This document shows positions 1 to 15,580 of a stretch of 64,000 nucleotides of DNA, in pieces. Source of the DNA: an uncultured Trueperaceae bacterium (GTDB lineage: Bacteria > Deinococcota > Deinococci > Deinococcales > Trueperaceae); NCBI GenBank assembly GCA_963799485.1, contig CAWCXJ010000004.1:64001-128000 (forward strand). The letters run 5' to 3'. A program made the translations under genes and the position numbers. Every line of letters starts with the position of its first letter. Position 1 is the stretch's first letter. Under the pieces are notes generated by a model, which was not told where the DNA came from, did not search any database, and saw only the letters and a program-made list of their open reading frames with translations.

Positions 1-489
1 GAACGCGGGCAGGTCAAAACCGGCGAAGAGATCGCCATCGTGGGTCTTACAGACACCCGCAAATCAATCGTCACCGGGGTCGAGATGCACCGTAAAACGC
101 TCGATTCGGGGATGGCGGGCGACAACGTCGGCGTCCTTTTGCGCGGCGTCCAAAGAGACGACATCGAACGCGGACAAGTGCTTTCAAAGCCGGGTTCGAT
201 CACCCCACATACGGGCTTTAAGGGCTCGGTGTATATCTTGAAGAAAGAAGAAGGGGGACGGCACAGCGCCTTCTTTAGCGGCTACCGCCCGCAGTTCTAC
301 TTTCGGACGACCGACGTGACGGGTGTCTGCACCTTGCCCGACGGGGTCGAGATGGTGATGCCGGGGGACAACGTCGAGTTGGACGTCGAACTGATCAAAC
401 CCATTGCGATGGAAGAGGGTTTGCGCTTTGCCATTCGTGAAGGTGGTCGCACCGTTGGTGCCGGCGTTGTCAGTCAGGTGACCAAGTAA
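1..489 (+). CDS. tuf: Elongation factor Tu, C-terminal part (5' end lies outside the window)
   Basis: Translation has EF-Tu domain II/III motifs ([32 protein letters not shown]); lies upstream of rpmG-secE-nusG. Confidence 0.98.
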   Translation, partial: ERGQVKTGEEIAIVGLTDTRKSIVTGVEMHRKTLDSGMAGDNVGVLLRGVQRDDIERGQVLSKPGSITPHTGFKGSVYILKKEEGGRHSAFFSGYRPQFYFRTTDVTGVCTLPDGVEMVMPGDNVELDVELIKPIAMEEGLRFAIREGGRTVGAGVVSQVTK

Positions 490-549
490 GTACCGAGTAG
501 GTACGGCGTGGGCTGAACTACGGTTTACTCCACTGCCTAAAGGAGAAAA

Positions 550-714
550 ATGGCGAGTGATGTAAGAATCAGGCTGTTGCTCGAGTGTCAAGAGTGCAAA
601 CGCCGTAACTACGCGACGAACAAAAATCGCCGTAACACCCAGGCGAAGCTCGAGCTTAAAAAATACTGTCCGTGGGACCGCAAGCACACCCCGCACCGCG
701 AAGTCAAAGCCTGA
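550..714 (+). CDS. rpmG: 50S ribosomal protein L33 (54 aa; not in ORF track)
   Basis: Hand translation [61 protein letters not shown] at 541-545. Confidence 0.96.
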   Translation: MASDVRIRLLLECQECKRRNYATNKNRRNTQAKLELKKYCPWDRKHTPHREVKA

Positions 715-893
715 TGAAAGGTTTACTGCGTTACCTGCGGAATTCACGCGCCGAACTCGGCCGTGTTACCTGGCCGACACGTGAAGAGGTCGTTCAGTCG
801 ACGCAAGCAACGCTCGTATTCGTGCTTATCACCGTTGCGTTTTTGATGGTCGTCGACGCTATTTTCGGCAATCTCATCAGCGCGATTCTTTAG
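714..893 (+). CDS. secE: Preprotein translocase subunit SecE
   Basis: ELGRVTWP motif plus one TM helix; TGATG overlap with the rpmG stop; sits before nusG. Confidence 0.95.
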   Translation: MKGLLRYLRNSRAELGRVTWPTREEVVQSTQATLVFVLITVAFLMVVDAIFGNLISAIL

Positions 894-938
894 GGTTTTT
901 ATGACGAGCGCACCTCAACTAATACGAACGGAGCTGAC

Positions 939-1496
939 ATGAGTATCGAGTGGTACGCCGTTCATACTTATGTGGGGCACGAGGAAAAGGTTCGCACCAA
1001 CATGATGCAGCGCGCCCGCTCGCTCGGTATTGCCGACCTCATCTACCAGGTCATCGTGCCTTCAGAAGAAACGGTCGAACACGCGGGCGGTGGTAAAAAA
1101 GAGGTTGTGCGGCGCAAACTTTTCCCCGGCTACGTCTTTGTGCAGATGGATATGGGCGACAACCCTGACGAACCCAATGAAGCCTGGGAGGTTGTGCGCA
1201 ATACGCCCGGCGTAACCGGCTTCGTCGGTACGGCGACGCGCGCGGTACCGCTGACACAAGAAGAAGAGGCGCGAATGCTCGGGACGATGGGGCTTACCGG
1301 CACCAAGGAAACGCCTAAAGTCAAGGTCAGTTTTGCTGTCGGCAATATCGTACAGGTTACGTCGGGGCCGTTTGCCGACTTCACCGGCGTCGTTTCCGAA
1401 CTCAACCCGGAGCGCGGCAAGGTCAAAGTGCTCGTATCTATCTTCGGGCGGGAAACACCCGTCGAACTCGATTTTTCGCAGGTCATCAAAAACTAG
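939..1496 (+). CDS. nusG: Transcription termination/antitermination factor NusG
   Basis: [21 protein letters not shown] motif [19 protein letters not shown]. Confidence 0.98.
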   Translation: MSIEWYAVHTYVGHEEKVRTNMMQRARSLGIADLIYQVIVPSEETVEHAGGGKKEVVRRKLFPGYVFVQMDMGDNPDEPNEAWEVVRNTPGVTGFVGTATRAVPLTQEEEARMLGTMGLTGTKETPKVKVSFAVGNIVQVTSGPFADFTGVVSELNPERGKVKVLVSIFGRETPVELDFSQVIKN

Positions 1497-1572
1497 GTCT
1501 AGCGTACCTGAAGTTTTGGCTGGCGTTTGAACCCCGTGTGCGCCACACGCCGGGGGAGCTTAAGGAGGAAGT

Positions 1573-2010
1573 ATGGCAAAGAAAATTGCTGGGATCGTAA
1601 AACTCCAGCTGCCCGCCGGGAAGGCGACACCCGCCCCCCCGGTCGGGCCGGCGCTTGGTCAATATGGGGCCAACATTATGGGGTTCGTCAAAGAGTATAA
1701 CGCGGCTACTGCGTCGCAAGCGGGCGCGATTGTGCCGGTCGAAATCACCATTTTTGCCGACCGCAGCTTTACCTTTATCACCAAAACGCCGCCGGCAAGC
1801 TACCTGATTCAGCAAGCAGCGGGTATCGCTAAAGGGTCGGGCGTACCGAACAAGCAAAAAGTCGGGAAGCTTACCTGGGATCAGTGCCTCGAGCTAGGCC
1901 GTACCAAGATGAAAGACCTAAATGCCGCAGACGAAACGGCGGCGGCTAAAGTCATTGCGGGGACGGCGCGTTCGATGGGCGTGACCATTGAGGGGGCTCC
2001 CGATGCCTAA
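1573..2010 (+). CDS. rplK: 50S ribosomal protein L11
   Basis: [36 protein letters not shown]. Confidence 0.98.
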   Translation: MAKKIAGIVKLQLPAGKATPAPPVGPALGQYGANIMGFVKEYNAATASQAGAIVPVEITIFADRSFTFITKTPPASYLIQQAAGIAKGSGVPNKQKVGKLTWDQCLELGRTKMKDLNAADETAAAKVIAGTARSMGVTIEGAPDA

Positions 2011-2686
2011 ACACGGCAAACGTTACCGGAGCCTGTTGGAAAAAGTCGATACGGCCAAGGTGTACTCGAGCGACGAAGCAACAACGCTCGTCAAAGAACT
2101 CGCAACCGCCAAGTTCGATGAGACGATCGAAGCGCACGTGCGTCTAGGTATCGACCCGCGTAAATCGGACCAAAATGTGCGCGGCACCGTTGCCCTGCCG
2201 CACGGTACCGGACGCACGGTTCGCGTCCTCGCGCTGACCCAAGGTGACAAAGTGAGCGACGCGGAAGCGGCAGGCGCAGATTTCGTCGGCGGGGATGAAA
2301 TGATCACTCGGATTCAGGGGGGGTGGCTCGAGTTCGACGCCGTAGTCGCTACACCTGACATGATGGCCGCTGTTGGTAGTAAGCTCGGTCGCATCCTCGG
2401 CCCACGTGGTCTCTTGCCGAACCCCCGCTCCGGTACCGTCGGCCCGAATATCGGTGAACTCGTGCGCGCCCTTAAAGCCGGTCAGATCGAGTTTCGTAAC
2501 GATAAAACCGGCGTCGTTCACGCACCTATCGGTAAGGCGAGTTTCGACGCGGCCAAGCTGCAAGAAAACCTGAATGCGTTTCGCAGCGCAGTCGAAGCGG
2601 CAAAACCTGAAACCGCTCGCGGCGTCTTTGTCCGCACGGTTTTCCTGAGCTCGACAATGGGTCCGAGCGTTCAGGTGGGTACTTAA
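2003..2686 (+). CDS. rplA: 50S ribosomal protein L1
   Basis: Starts [45 protein letters not shown]. Confidence 0.98.
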   Translation: MPKHGKRYRSLLEKVDTAKVYSSDEATTLVKELATAKFDETIEAHVRLGIDPRKSDQNVRGTVALPHGTGRTVRVLALTQGDKVSDAEAAGADFVGGDEMITRIQGGWLEFDAVVATPDMMAAVGSKLGRILGPRGLLPNPRSGTVGPNIGELVRALKAGQIEFRNDKTGVVHAPIGKASFDAAKLQENLNAFRSAVEAAKPETARGVFVRTVFLSSTMGPSVQVGT

Positions 2687-2757
2687 GCAATGAGTGCCGA
2701 GCCATGAGCAACGAGTGAACGCTTTTCTCTCATTACTCATGGCTTTTACCTCATTGC
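2687..2757. repeat. Heptamer-periodic imperfect palindrome (copy 1)
   Basis: Left arm GCAATGA-GTGCCGA-GCCATGA-GCAACGA pairs with right arm ...CTCATGGCT...CTCATTGC; related to 25579-25659. Confidence 0.65.
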
Positions 2758-2791
2758 CGCTTTTAAGCATCTCGGTGCGAAGCACCTTTTT

Positions 2792-2841
2792 GGCGTTGGA
2801 GACAGCAGGGGCCGCCAGGCTTAAAGACCCTGCCGAGGCGC
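2792..2841 (+). promoter_or_regulatory. Ribosomal protein L10 leader (autoregulatory RNA core)
   Basis: GAGACAGCAGGG...TTAAA...CCCTGCCGAGG resembles the L10-leader core; lies directly upstream of rplJ. Confidence 0.75.
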
Positions 2842-2920
2842 TAGTTCGGTTGATGAGGTTAAACCTACCGAGCTAGTCGTGCTTCGCGGTTGACGTTCTC
2901 ACTATTTAGGAAGGTGTTAG

Positions 2921-3448
2921 GTGGCAAACAAGAGGAATACCGCGTCGGTAGAAGAACTGCGTGTTCTTTTAGGCGACGCCAAGACGTTTTTCCTCATCGA
3001 TTACCAGGGACTTTCTGCGGATCAGATCGGCAAGCTGCGTACAAAAGTACGTGACGCCGGTGGGCGGATGCTGGTAGCGAAGAATACGCTCGTCAGTGTG
3101 GTCTTAAAAGAGCAGGGTGCTGCTGACTTGGGCACGAAGCTTACCGGCCCCACCGCCCTTATTTTGGTCGGCGACGATCCCGTTGCCCCGGCAAAAGCAA
3201 TTACTGACTTTGCCGATGACAACGCAAAAGACCTGCCCACAGCGAAAGGTGGACTTTTAGAAGGCGCGATTATTGAAGCCGACGCCGTCTCTAGAGTCGC
3301 CAAGCTGCCCACTCGCGAGCAGCTCCTCAGCGAGCTGGTGGGCGTGTTGCAAGCGCCGTTGCAGCAAGCGGTGGGTGTTTTGGAAGCCGCTCCGCAGAAC
3401 CTGGTATCCGTCATAACCAACTACTCAGAAAAACTCAAGGAGGCCTAA
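2921..3448 (+). CDS. rplJ: 50S ribosomal protein L10
   Basis: [27 protein letters not shown]; operon position. Confidence 0.96.
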   Translation: MANKRNTASVEELRVLLGDAKTFFLIDYQGLSADQIGKLRTKVRDAGGRMLVAKNTLVSVVLKEQGAADLGTKLTGPTALILVGDDPVAPAKAITDFADDNAKDLPTAKGGLLEGAIIEADAVSRVAKLPTREQLLSELVGVLQAPLQQAVGVLEAAPQNLVSVITNYSEKLKEA

Positions 3449-3449
3449 C

Positions 3450-3836
3450 ATGGCATACGACAAACAAGCCCTTATCGACCAACTCGGCGGCCTGACCGTC
3501 CTCGAACTCGTCGACCTCGTTGAAGGTCTGAAAGAAACGTGGGGCGTTGAAGCCGCCGCCGCGATGCCCGCCGGGATGATGATGCCTGCCGGGGGCGCAG
3601 CCGGTGCCGCGCCCGCCGCCGAAGAGCAGACCGAGTTTACCGTCAGCATTAAAACTGCCGGCGACAAAAAGCTCAACGTCATTAAAGAAGTCCGCGCGAT
3701 CACGAGCCTTGGCCTCAAAGAAGCCAAAGACCTGGTTGAAGCGGGCGGCGTCGTCAAAGAGGGTATTGCCAAAGACGAAGCCGACGAAATTCGCGGCAAG
3801 CTCGAGGCTGCCGGCGCGACCGTCGAAGTCAAATAG
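3450..3836 (+). CDS. rplL: 50S ribosomal protein L7/L12
   Basis: LTVLEL, Ala-rich hinge, [27 protein letters not shown]. Confidence 0.98.
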   Translation: MAYDKQALIDQLGGLTVLELVDLVEGLKETWGVEAAAAMPAGMMMPAGGAAGAAPAAEEQTEFTVSIKTAGDKKLNVIKEVRAITSLGLKEAKDLVEAGGVVKEGIAKDEADEIRGKLEAAGATVEVK

Positions 3837-3856
3837 GTTTTTAAGCACCAGATGCA

Positions 3857-3891
3857 AGAGGGTAGGTCACGTGGCCTACCCTCTATCTTTT
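3857..3891 (+). terminator. Hairpin (terminator/attenuator-like) between rplL and rpoB
   Basis: AGAGGGTAGGTCAC/GTGGCCTACCCTCT stem followed by ATCTTTT. Confidence 0.6.
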
Positions 3892-4009
3892 GAGAATGCC
3901 TTATGCTAGTATAGTTGTTTGCTGCGCCCCACCGGGAGGTGAACTTTGGGCCTGCTGTAGATGACCAGTTTAGCTGACCCGGCATACAAGCGCATACGAT
4001 TTGTTACAT

Positions 4010-4045
4010 TAGCTTAAACCCTCACGATAGCTTAAACCCTCACGA
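4010..4045. repeat. Perfect 18-bp tandem duplication in the rpoB leader
   Basis: TAGCTTAAACCCTCACGA x2. Confidence 0.9.
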
Positions 4046-4274
4046 CTACGCAAACGAGAGAGTCCCACGCACTGTTTAGACGAACCCACAACACAGTCAC
4101 GGCTACCCAGGCATAAGCTTGGCGTCTTTTGCTGCCTGCTCATAAGGCAGCCGATACTTAAGGCCTTATAGTGCATACTTTACAACTTTGACCTTTTAAG
4201 AGCAAGACCGCCACAGATAAGTGGCAGATAAGCAGCTGACTGCAAAGCCGAGTACGACTTTTAGAGAGGTGACG

Positions 4275-7200
4275 ATGCGCGAGATTCGCAAATTTGGGAC
4301 AATTGAAGAAGTTATCGAACTCCCGAACCTGACCGATATTCAGATCAAGTCATACAACACGTTTTTGCAACTGGGAAAAAGTGCGCCGGAGCGTGAGAAC
4401 CTAGGTTTGCAAAGTGCCTTCAAGGAAGTTTTTCCGATAGACGAAACCGAACGTGGGCGGCAGACGGGGCTGGTGCTCGATTTTCTCGAGTACACCCTCC
4501 AACCTCCTGAATTTACGCCCGAAGAGTGCCGCGAAAAAGACCTCTCGTATCACTCCGGGTTGTTTGCTAAACTGCAGTTGGTTCACAAAGACACCGGCCT
4601 GATTAAAGAAGACCAGGTATTTCTGGGCGACTTGCCGCTGATGACCGAAGACGGCTCGTTTGTCATCAACGGGGCCGATAGGGTCATCGTTTCGCAGATT
4701 CACCGCTCCCCCGGTACCTACTTTACGAGCGCCCCTAAAGGTCTCGGCAAAACCCACATGGCGAGCATCATCCCGATGCCCAAACGTGGGCCGTGGATCG
4801 AGTTGGAGTTCGATAACTCCGACGTCTTATGGATGAAGGTCAACAAGAAAAAGTTTCCCTTTACCCTCATCTTGCGCGTTCTGGGTTACAGCGACGCCGA
4901 AATTCGCGGGCTGTTTGCCGGTAGCGAGGCGCTCATCGACGCGACCTTCGAAGAGGACACGACCACGGGTGCGTCGGTTGAAGAGGCGCTCCTCAAGCTC
5001 TTTACGGTGCTTCGCCCCGGCGACCCGCCCAAGGTCGACAAGGCCAAGTCTTACCTCTTTAGCCTCCTAGCCGACCCGCGCCGGTACGACCTCGGCGACG
5101 CGGGCCGTTACAAGATGAACACCAAATTGGAACTCGAGTTCGAGGAGAGTACGCTGCTCGGTTTCGACAAGGAGAACGACCGTTTTATCGACTACGGCCT
5201 CGTCCCGGCGATTCAGTACCTTGTCAATCTTCAGGCGGGCGTCGAGTCCTACGAAGAAGACGACATCGACCATCTCGGCAACCGCCGCATCCGCACCGTC
5301 GGTGAACTCGTCGCCGACCAGATTCGCGTCGGTTTGGGTCGGATGGCGCGGGGTGTCCGCGAGCGGATGCTGCTCGGAAACCCGGACGCTGCCACGCCGC
5401 AAAAACTTGTGAACAACCGTCCCATCGTGGCGGCGCTCCGTGAGTTTTTCGGTCGCAGCCAGCTCAGCCAGTTTAAGGATCAGGTCAACCCTTTGTCAGA
5501 ACTGCGTCACAAACGCCGCATTTCAGCCCTCGGGCCGGGCGGCCTGACGAGGGAACGCGCCGGTTTCGACGTCCGTGACGTTCACCGCACCCACTACGGG
5601 CGTATCTGTCCGATTGAAACGCCTGAAGGTGCGAACATCGGTCTGATCACCTCTTTGGCCTCGTTCGCTCGGGTCAACCCGCTCGGGTTCATCGAAGCGC
5701 CGTACCGCCGCGTGGTCGACGGCAAGGTCACGAACGACGTGCAGTACATGACCGCCCACCAAGAAGACAAGTACGTCATTGCACAAGCCAACACCATTTT
5801 GGACGATACCAACGGCTTTGCCAACGACAGCGTGTTGACGCGCCGTTTGGGAGACCCGTTTTACGTCGAGCCGGAAACCGTCGACTTTATGGACGTGTCG
5901 CCGAAGCAGATTATCTCGGTGCCGACTTCGCTCATCCCGTTTTTGGAGCACGATGACGCCAACCGCGCCTTGATGGGTTCGAACATGCAGTCGCAAGCCG
6001 TGCCGCTGATTAAACCCGACGCGCCGTACGTCGGGACGGGGGTTGAAGAAAGGGTCTCGCGGGACTCAGGCACCGTCTTACTCGCTACCGAAGACGGCAC
6101 CGTCACCTACGTCGACGCCAAACGTATCGTGACTGAAAACGACCGCAAGGTCGAGCATGAATATCAGCTGACCCGCTTCCAGCGCTCAAACCAGAACACG
6201 AACTTGGATCAGCGTCCGCTCGTCAATGTCGGCGACGTGGTTACGAACGGTCAGGTTATCGCGGACGGCCCCGCCTCGCAAAGCGGTCGTCTGGCTTTAG
6301 GTCAAAACGTTCTCATCGCCATTATGCCTTTTGACGGTTACAACTTCGAAGACGCAATTGTTTTGTCTGAACGGCTCGTGCGTTCGGACGCCTACACGAG
6401 CGTTCACATCGAAAAGTACGAAAAAGAAGCTAGAGACACCAAACTCGGCCCGGAAAAAATTACCCGCGACATCCCTGGTTTGAGTGAAGCTGCACTCCGC
6501 GACCTCGACGAAGACGGTGTGGTGCGAATCGGCGCTGAGGTCAAACAAGGCGACATCTTGGTCGGTCACACCTCGTTCAAGGGTGAAACCGAACCGACAC
6601 CGGAAGAGCGCCTTTTGCGTTCGATCTTCGGGGAAAAGGCGAGGGAAGTAAAAGACACCTCGCTCCGCGTGCCCCCCGGTGACGGCGGCATCATCCTCCG
6701 CACGGTGCGGTTTCGCCGTGGCGACGCGGGCGTTGAACTCAAACCCGGGGTGCAGGAGATGGTGCGCGTCTACATCGCGCAAAAACGCCGTTTGATTGAG
6801 GGTGACAAGCTCGCCAACCGGCACGGGAACAAAGGTGTCGTGGCGAAGATTCTGCCACCTGAAGACATGCCGTATATGCCCGACGGCACGCCCGTTGACC
6901 TCGTATTCAACCCGCTCGGGGTGCCGTCCCGGATGAACCTGGGCCAGATTTTAGAAACGCACCTGGGTCTGGCAGCGTACAAAAACAACGTTTCTTACGT
7001 GACGCCGGTTTTCGACAGCGCCCGCGAAGAGCAGATTAAAGCGCTGCTCGAGACCGCCACCCGTGAAGACTTGGCTGCCGATAAGAAAGCCGGGTTTGAA
7101 ACCGACATACGCGAAGCGCGGGTGATCGAACGCGCCGCCAAGCTCGGCATCATCGACCGCGATATGGACGACGAAGCGGCGCGAATCGCGCTCGCCCGCA

Positions 7201-7652
7201 CCGGCAAAACCGTATTGTTCGACGGTCACACCGGCGAAGCCGTAGACGCGCCCATCGTGGTCGGTGTGATGTACGTCATGAAGCTCTACCACATGGTCGA
7301 GGACAAGATGCACGCCCGCTCGACCGGCCCGTACTCGCTCATCACGCAGCAGCCTTTGGGCGGTAAAGCGCAGTTCGGCGGGCAGCGTCTGGGTGAAATG
7401 GAGTGCTGGGCGCTTCAGGCCCACGGCGCGGCGCACACGCTCCAGGAGATGCTCACTATCAAATCCGACGACATCGACGGGCGCAACACCTCGTATGAAG
7501 CCATCGTCAAAGGTAACGACGTGTTAGAACCCACCATCCCCGAATCGTTCAAGGTTCTGGTCAAAGAGCTTCACTCGCTCGGGCTCGACGTTCAGGTCAT
7601 GGACGACGCACAGCCGATCAGCATCTTCGACGAATCAGGTAGAGGCAAGTAA
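4275..7652 (+). CDS. rpoB: RNA polymerase beta subunit (ATG 4275 preferred over GTG 4221)
   Basis: [58 protein letters not shown] before 4275. Confidence 0.99.
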   Translation: MREIRKFGTIEEVIELPNLTDIQIKSYNTFLQLGKSAPERENLGLQSAFKEVFPIDETERGRQTGLVLDFLEYTLQPPEFTPEECREKDLSYHSGLFAKLQLVHKDTGLIKEDQVFLGDLPLMTEDGSFVINGADRVIVSQIHRSPGTYFTSAPKGLGKTHMASIIPMPKRGPWIELEFDNSDVLWMKVNKKKFPFTLILRVLGYSDAEIRGLFAGSEALIDATFEEDTTTGASVEEALLKLFTVLRPGDPPKVDKAKSYLFSLLADPRRYDLGDAGRYKMNTKLELEFEESTLLGFDKENDRFIDYGLVPAIQYLVNLQAGVESYEEDDIDHLGNRRIRTVGELVADQIRVGLGRMARGVRERMLLGNPDAATPQKLVNNRPIVAALREFFGRSQLSQFKDQVNPLSELRHKRRISALGPGGLTRERAGFDVRDVHRTHYGRICPIETPEGANIGLITSLASFARVNPLGFIEAPYRRVVDGKVTNDVQYMTAHQEDKYVIAQANTILDDTNGFANDSVLTRRLGDPFYVEPETVDFMDVSPKQIISVPTSLIPFLEHDDANRALMGSNMQSQAVPLIKPDAPYVGTGVEERVSRDSGTVLLATEDGTVTYVDAKRIVTENDRKVEHEYQLTRFQRSNQNTNLDQRPLVNVGDVVTNGQVIADGPASQSGRLALGQNVLIAIMPFDGYNFEDAIVLSERLVRSDAYTSVHIEKYEKEARDTKLGPEKITRDIPGLSEAALRDLDEDGVVRIGAEVKQGDILVGHTSFKGETEPTPEERLLRSIFGEKAREVKDTSLRVPPGDGGIILRTVRFRRGDAGVELKPGVQEMVRVYIAQKRRLIEGDKLANRHGNKGVVAKILPPEDMPYMPDGTPVDLVFNPLGVPSRMNLGQILETHLGLAAYKNNVSYVTPVFDSAREEQIKALLETATREDLAADKKAGFETDIREARVIERAAKLGIIDRDMDDEAARIALARTGKTVLFDGHTGEAVDAPIVVGVMYVMKLYHMVEDKMHARSTGPYSLITQQPLGGKAQFGGQRLGEMECWALQAHGAAHTLQEMLTIKSDDIDGRNTSYEAIVKGNDVLEPTIPESFKVLVKELHSLGLDVQVMDDAQPISIFDESGRGK

Positions 7653-7660
7653 GGGGGAAT

Positions 7661-12238
<4,578 letters not shown>

Positions 12239-12259
12239 ATTCACTCTATAGTCAAAGAG

Positions 12260-12282
12260 TCGGACATTCATGTCCGGTTTTT
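12260..12282 (+). terminator. Intrinsic terminator after rpoC
   Basis: CGGACAT-TC-ATGTCCG followed by a T-tract. Confidence 0.7.
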
Positions 12283-12317
12283 CATGTTTAGGCTTTTACG
12301 GCGGTATGCTCAGGTTC

Positions 12318-12716
12318 ATGACCGAGATATTTGTTGTCGCGTTAGACCCAGGCCACAATATCGGCGTGGCGTTCGTCTCTAAGAATGGGGGTGCTAGGGT
12401 TTCATAAGGTGATGGATTTGGAGAGTCTAAAAACCCTCGAGTTCCCCCCCAAACCACCGTCCTAGTTGGCAATGGCACCGGCAGCGACACCGTAAAAAAA
12501 GTGCTGAGCAAAAGAGAGATAGCGTTCGAGGTTGTCGATGAATGGGGCTCGAGCCTCACCGCCCGCAAACTCTACTTTCGTGACCAGCCGCCGAGGGGTT
12601 TGCAGCGTCTTTTACCGGAGGGTATGAGAACGCCGCCCGGACTGATTGACGATTATGCGGCTTACGCTCTGGCTCTGGCTTACCTCGCTAAATTGGGCAA
12701 ATCGTCCCAACCGTAA
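12318..12716 (+). pseudogene. Short YqgF/RNase H-like nuclease family gene, interrupted (in-frame TAA, or two compensating homopolymer indels)
   Basis: VALDPG...VLVGNGTGS...VVDEWGSSLTAR..YF...PPRGLQRLLP..MR.PP..IDDYAA; a more protein-like middle segment (GVLGFHKVMDLESLKTLEF) lies in another frame between the G5 run near 12387 and the C7 run near 12444. Confidence 0.65.
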
Positions 12717-13193
12717 GCGACTTCTTCCAAGATCTCGCCGCCAATGTCAATGGGTTTGGTTTTGAGGTAACGCCCGCCCAGCTTTTCGTAGAACCCGCGT
12801 GAAGAATTCGTCGAGAGCACCCAGAGCAGCATGGCAGTGTGGTTTTGCTCCAAAAACCGCTTGACTATCCCCCAAACAATGCTTCGCCGTAACCGTAGCC
12901 CTGCTGTTCTTTCAGGAGATAAAGGGCGTAAAGCTCGGCCGTATAAACCGGGTCGTGTTCACGTTCCAAACCCCGTTGACGAAACCGATAACCTTATCTT
13001 GTTGACCGGTAACTACGAAAACAGATTGTTTTTTAGCCCGTTCGATAACCTCTCGCCAGAAGTTCACCCGCTGCTCCACTGAGAGCCCGTCTAATACAGC
13101 GTCCGGCATTAAGCCCCGGTAGGTGTTACGCCAACTCTCGACGTGGACGTGTCCGATAGCTGAGGCGTCGTCAACGGTAGCAGGCCGAATCAT
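12680..13193 (-). pseudogene. GNAT N-acetyltransferase with two frameshifts
   Basis: MIRPAT..DA.AIGHVHVESWR.TY.GL, then ELYALYLLKEQQGYGYG and MLLWVLSTNSSRGFYEKLGG in different frames; breaks near 12970 and 12870. Confidence 0.8.
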
Positions 13194-13233
13194 GTCTTAG
13201 TTTAACGACTTGGTGCTTTAAGAAAGACACAGT

Positions 13234-13260
13234 AAAAAAGACCGGGGAACTCCCGGCCTC
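13234..13260 (-). terminator. Intrinsic terminator after carD
   Basis: CCGGGA/CCCCGG stem followed by a T-tract on the minus strand. Confidence 0.6.
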
Positions 13261-13277
13261 AGTAGGTAAAATTTCGG

Positions 13278-13784
13278 TTAATTCAGTTCGTCTTCGTCGC
13301 CCGCGTCCATCATCGCGCGCGCTTCTTTGGTGTCGATGCCCAAAACAGCGCTGATCTCACCGGCTAACAGGCGCAGGGCGCGGCGGTAGGCTTGGCGGTC
13401 GAGGTCGGGCAACCCGCGCTCCAAGTCCCAGCGGCGCAGCTCGCTGCCCAAGGTGGCAATCTGATACGGGTCGCCGGACGACAAGATTTCGGTGACGCGG
13501 CGGTGACGGGCGGCCCACTGTTTGGGCAGGTTGACCCGACCGTTGCCGAGGCGCTCGAGCACGTTATGCACTTCGGTCTTGGTTAAAGCGGGGCGGAGGC
13601 CCGCAGCTTGCGGTGCGGCGACCGGCACAAACGCTTTCGAGGTGCCGTTCGGAAACGCGACCTCGTAGTACTGGTGGTCGGCGCCTGCAATGGTGCGCGT
13701 GGTGGTGCCTTCGACGATGCCGACACCGTAGGGCGGCAAAACTACCTGGTCGCCATGCTTATAGGTTTTTTGGATATCTTTCAA
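13278..13784 (-). CDS. carD: CarD family RNAP-binding transcription regulator
   Basis: GDQVVLPPYGVGIV, GLRPAL, LPKQWAARHR; AAGGAG SD before a TTG start. Confidence 0.9.
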   Translation of the reverse strand: MKDIQKTYKHGDQVVLPPYGVGIVEGTTTRTIAGADHQYYEVAFPNGTSKAFVPVAAPQAAGLRPALTKTEVHNVLERLGNGRVNLPKQWAARHRRVTEILSSGDPYQIATLGSELRRWDLERGLPDLDRQAYRRALRLLAGEISAVLGIDTKEARAMMDAGDEDELN

Positions 13785-14028
13785 AACAGCACTCCTTCAG
13801 GCCATAACGCCATAATCGCTCCTACCCCCCGGCACAGACTTTAATTCGTAAGGTGATAATGTTGTATGGTGAGAGTTCGTTGTGTCGGTAACGGTAGGTA
13901 TTGAGGTGTTACTGACACAAGCACGCCGTATATGGTAGCAGATTTTGCGCCTTTTTACTAGTCCCGGCCTGACATCGGGCTGATATCAGTACATTTTAAT
14001 CGTTTTTTAGCAGGTTCTGACAGAGTGT

Positions 14029-14925
14029 TTAGAGCGGTTCTTCAGCGGTCAAACGGCTGTTCCGGGTTGTGATAGCGACGCCGGTGAGTAGAACGAGCGC
14101 ACCCAAGAGGGTCGGCAGCGGCGGAACTTCGGTAAATAAAATCAGCGCCAAGAGACTTGCGCCGATGGGCTCGAGCAAAATCACCGTAGCGACCACTGCC
14201 GGGTTCATGTGTTTTACGGCGTAGTTGTAAGACGTGTGCCCGACAAGCTGCGGAATGAGCGCCAAAAGTAGAATCCACCCATAGCTCTCTGCGCTGTAGC
14301 CGGTATAGCTGTAGTCCAAAAAAAAAGGGAGCGGCAGTAACACGAGAGCAGCGACGCCGTAAGCAACGCCGATATAGGCTTGCAAGCTGAGCCCGCGGTT
14401 CTGCGCGGCGCGGCCCAAAAGGAGGTAAGCGGCGGCGGCTGCCGCGCCCACGAGCGCCAAGCTGTTGCCCAGAAAAGGTGCGCTGCTCGTTTCGCCTACT
14501 GCGCCGCCGAAACCGATAAGTGCGCCCCCCAAAACAGCGACCAGCATCCCTAACAGCGCGCTAAAGGGCGGGGCTAAACCGAGAAAAAGCCAGCTCGAGA
14601 GTGCCACCCACACGGGCGTCGTCGTCCCTAAGCTCGTACTTGCAGCAACCGTTGTATAAGAGAGTGAACTGATCCAGGTCGCAAAATGCAGCCCTAGCAG
14701 CAGTCCGGCAAGCACGGCGTAACCCAGATTTCTGCGGGTCAGCGGCGTTTTACGAAGTGCCCGCACCGTCCAGGGCAGCAAAATAAGGCTTGCCAGCAGC
14801 ATCCGGTAAGCCGCGACGACCACACCGGGCGCGTCGGCGAGGCGGATAAAAATAGCCGAGAGGCTTACAGCAATCAGGCCGACGCCCATTACCAGGGTGA
14901 GACGAGAAGATGAGGGGGCGTCCAT
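14029..14925 (-). CDS. DMT/EamA family transporter
   Basis: About 10 hydrophobic segments; LHFATWISSLSYTTVA, GHTSYNYA, LLEPIGA. Confidence 0.88.
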   Translation of the reverse strand: MDAPSSSRLTLVMGVGLIAVSLSAIFIRLADAPGVVVAAYRMLLASLILLPWTVRALRKTPLTRRNLGYAVLAGLLLGLHFATWISSLSYTTVAASTSLGTTTPVWVALSSWLFLGLAPPFSALLGMLVAVLGGALIGFGGAVGETSSAPFLGNSLALVGAAAAAAYLLLGRAAQNRGLSLQAYIGVAYGVAALVLLPLPFFLDYSYTGYSAESYGWILLLALIPQLVGHTSYNYAVKHMNPAVVATVILLEPIGASLLALILFTEVPPLPTLLGALVLLTGVAITTRNSRLTAEEPL

Positions 14926-15007
14926 AGCGCAATCGTACCTTGCCGTCTCTCTCTCGGTTGAGGGCGACGCTCGAATCAGATAAGCAGCCTTAGCGCCATA
15001 AAGATAC

Positions 15008-15036
15008 TTGACAACATCATGCTAAGGTTTTATATT
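15008..15036 (+). promoter_or_regulatory. Sigma70-type promoter of hsp20
   Basis: TTGACA (15008-15013), 17-bp spacer, TATATT (15031-15036); AAGGAGG SD downstream. Confidence 0.75.
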
Positions 15037-15055
15037 GATTTACGAAAAGGAGGCG

Positions 15056-15535
15056 ATGATGTTACAAAGTTGGAACCCTTGGCAAGAACTAGAAGAGATG
15101 CAGCGCCGCTTGGGCCGCGCCGTTCGCTCCGACGAGACCGTAAGCTGGGCACCCCCGACCGACGTTGTAGAAGACGATGCGGGGCTCTACCTCTACCTCG
15201 ATTTGCCCGACGTCGATGAAGGCAGCCTCGAGGTCACCAGCGAGCAGAACAGCCTGAGCGTCAAAGCGACGCGCCGCTACCGTAAAACCGATGGTCAGAC
15301 GGTGCATTATCAGGGTCGTCCGAAGGGAACGTTCTCGCGTGTTTTCAACGTTCCGACGAGCTTCGACCTCGGCAAAGTTACGGCGTCTTACGACGGCGGC
15401 GTGCTGAGCCTACTCGTCCCACGCTCTGAAAGCACCAAACCTCGCAAAATCGATGTGAACACCGGGGAAACCCAGAAAGGCCACAAAGAGGTCGAGGTTC
15501 AGGCCGAAGAAAACCGCGAAACCGCCAACGCTTAA
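15056..15535 (+). CDS. Hsp20/alpha-crystallin small heat-shock protein
   Basis: WAPPTDVVE, DLPDV, GTFSRVF.VP, ASYDGGVLSL.VP, KPRKIDV. Confidence 0.93.
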   Translation: MMLQSWNPWQELEEMQRRLGRAVRSDETVSWAPPTDVVEDDAGLYLYLDLPDVDEGSLEVTSEQNSLSVKATRRYRKTDGQTVHYQGRPKGTFSRVFNVPTSFDLGKVTASYDGGVLSLLVPRSESTKPRKIDVNTGETQKGHKEVEVQAEENRETANA

Positions 15536-15549
15536 GCGTTAGGTACTGC

Positions 15550-15580
15550 AAAAAAGCTGAGGGAAACCTCAGCTCTTTTT
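15550..15580. terminator. Bidirectional terminator between convergent genes
   Basis: AAAAAAGCTGAGG-GAAA-CCTCAGCTCTTTT. Confidence 0.75.

Noticed and set aside
490..938. tRNA gene near rpmG/secE
   Set aside because: rpmG and secE overlap, and no cloverleaf or T-loop signature is present in the short spacers.
14988..15027. Canonical CIRCE element upstream of hsp20
   Set aside because: Does not match TTAGCACTC-N9-GAGTGCTAA in inner sequence or spacing.
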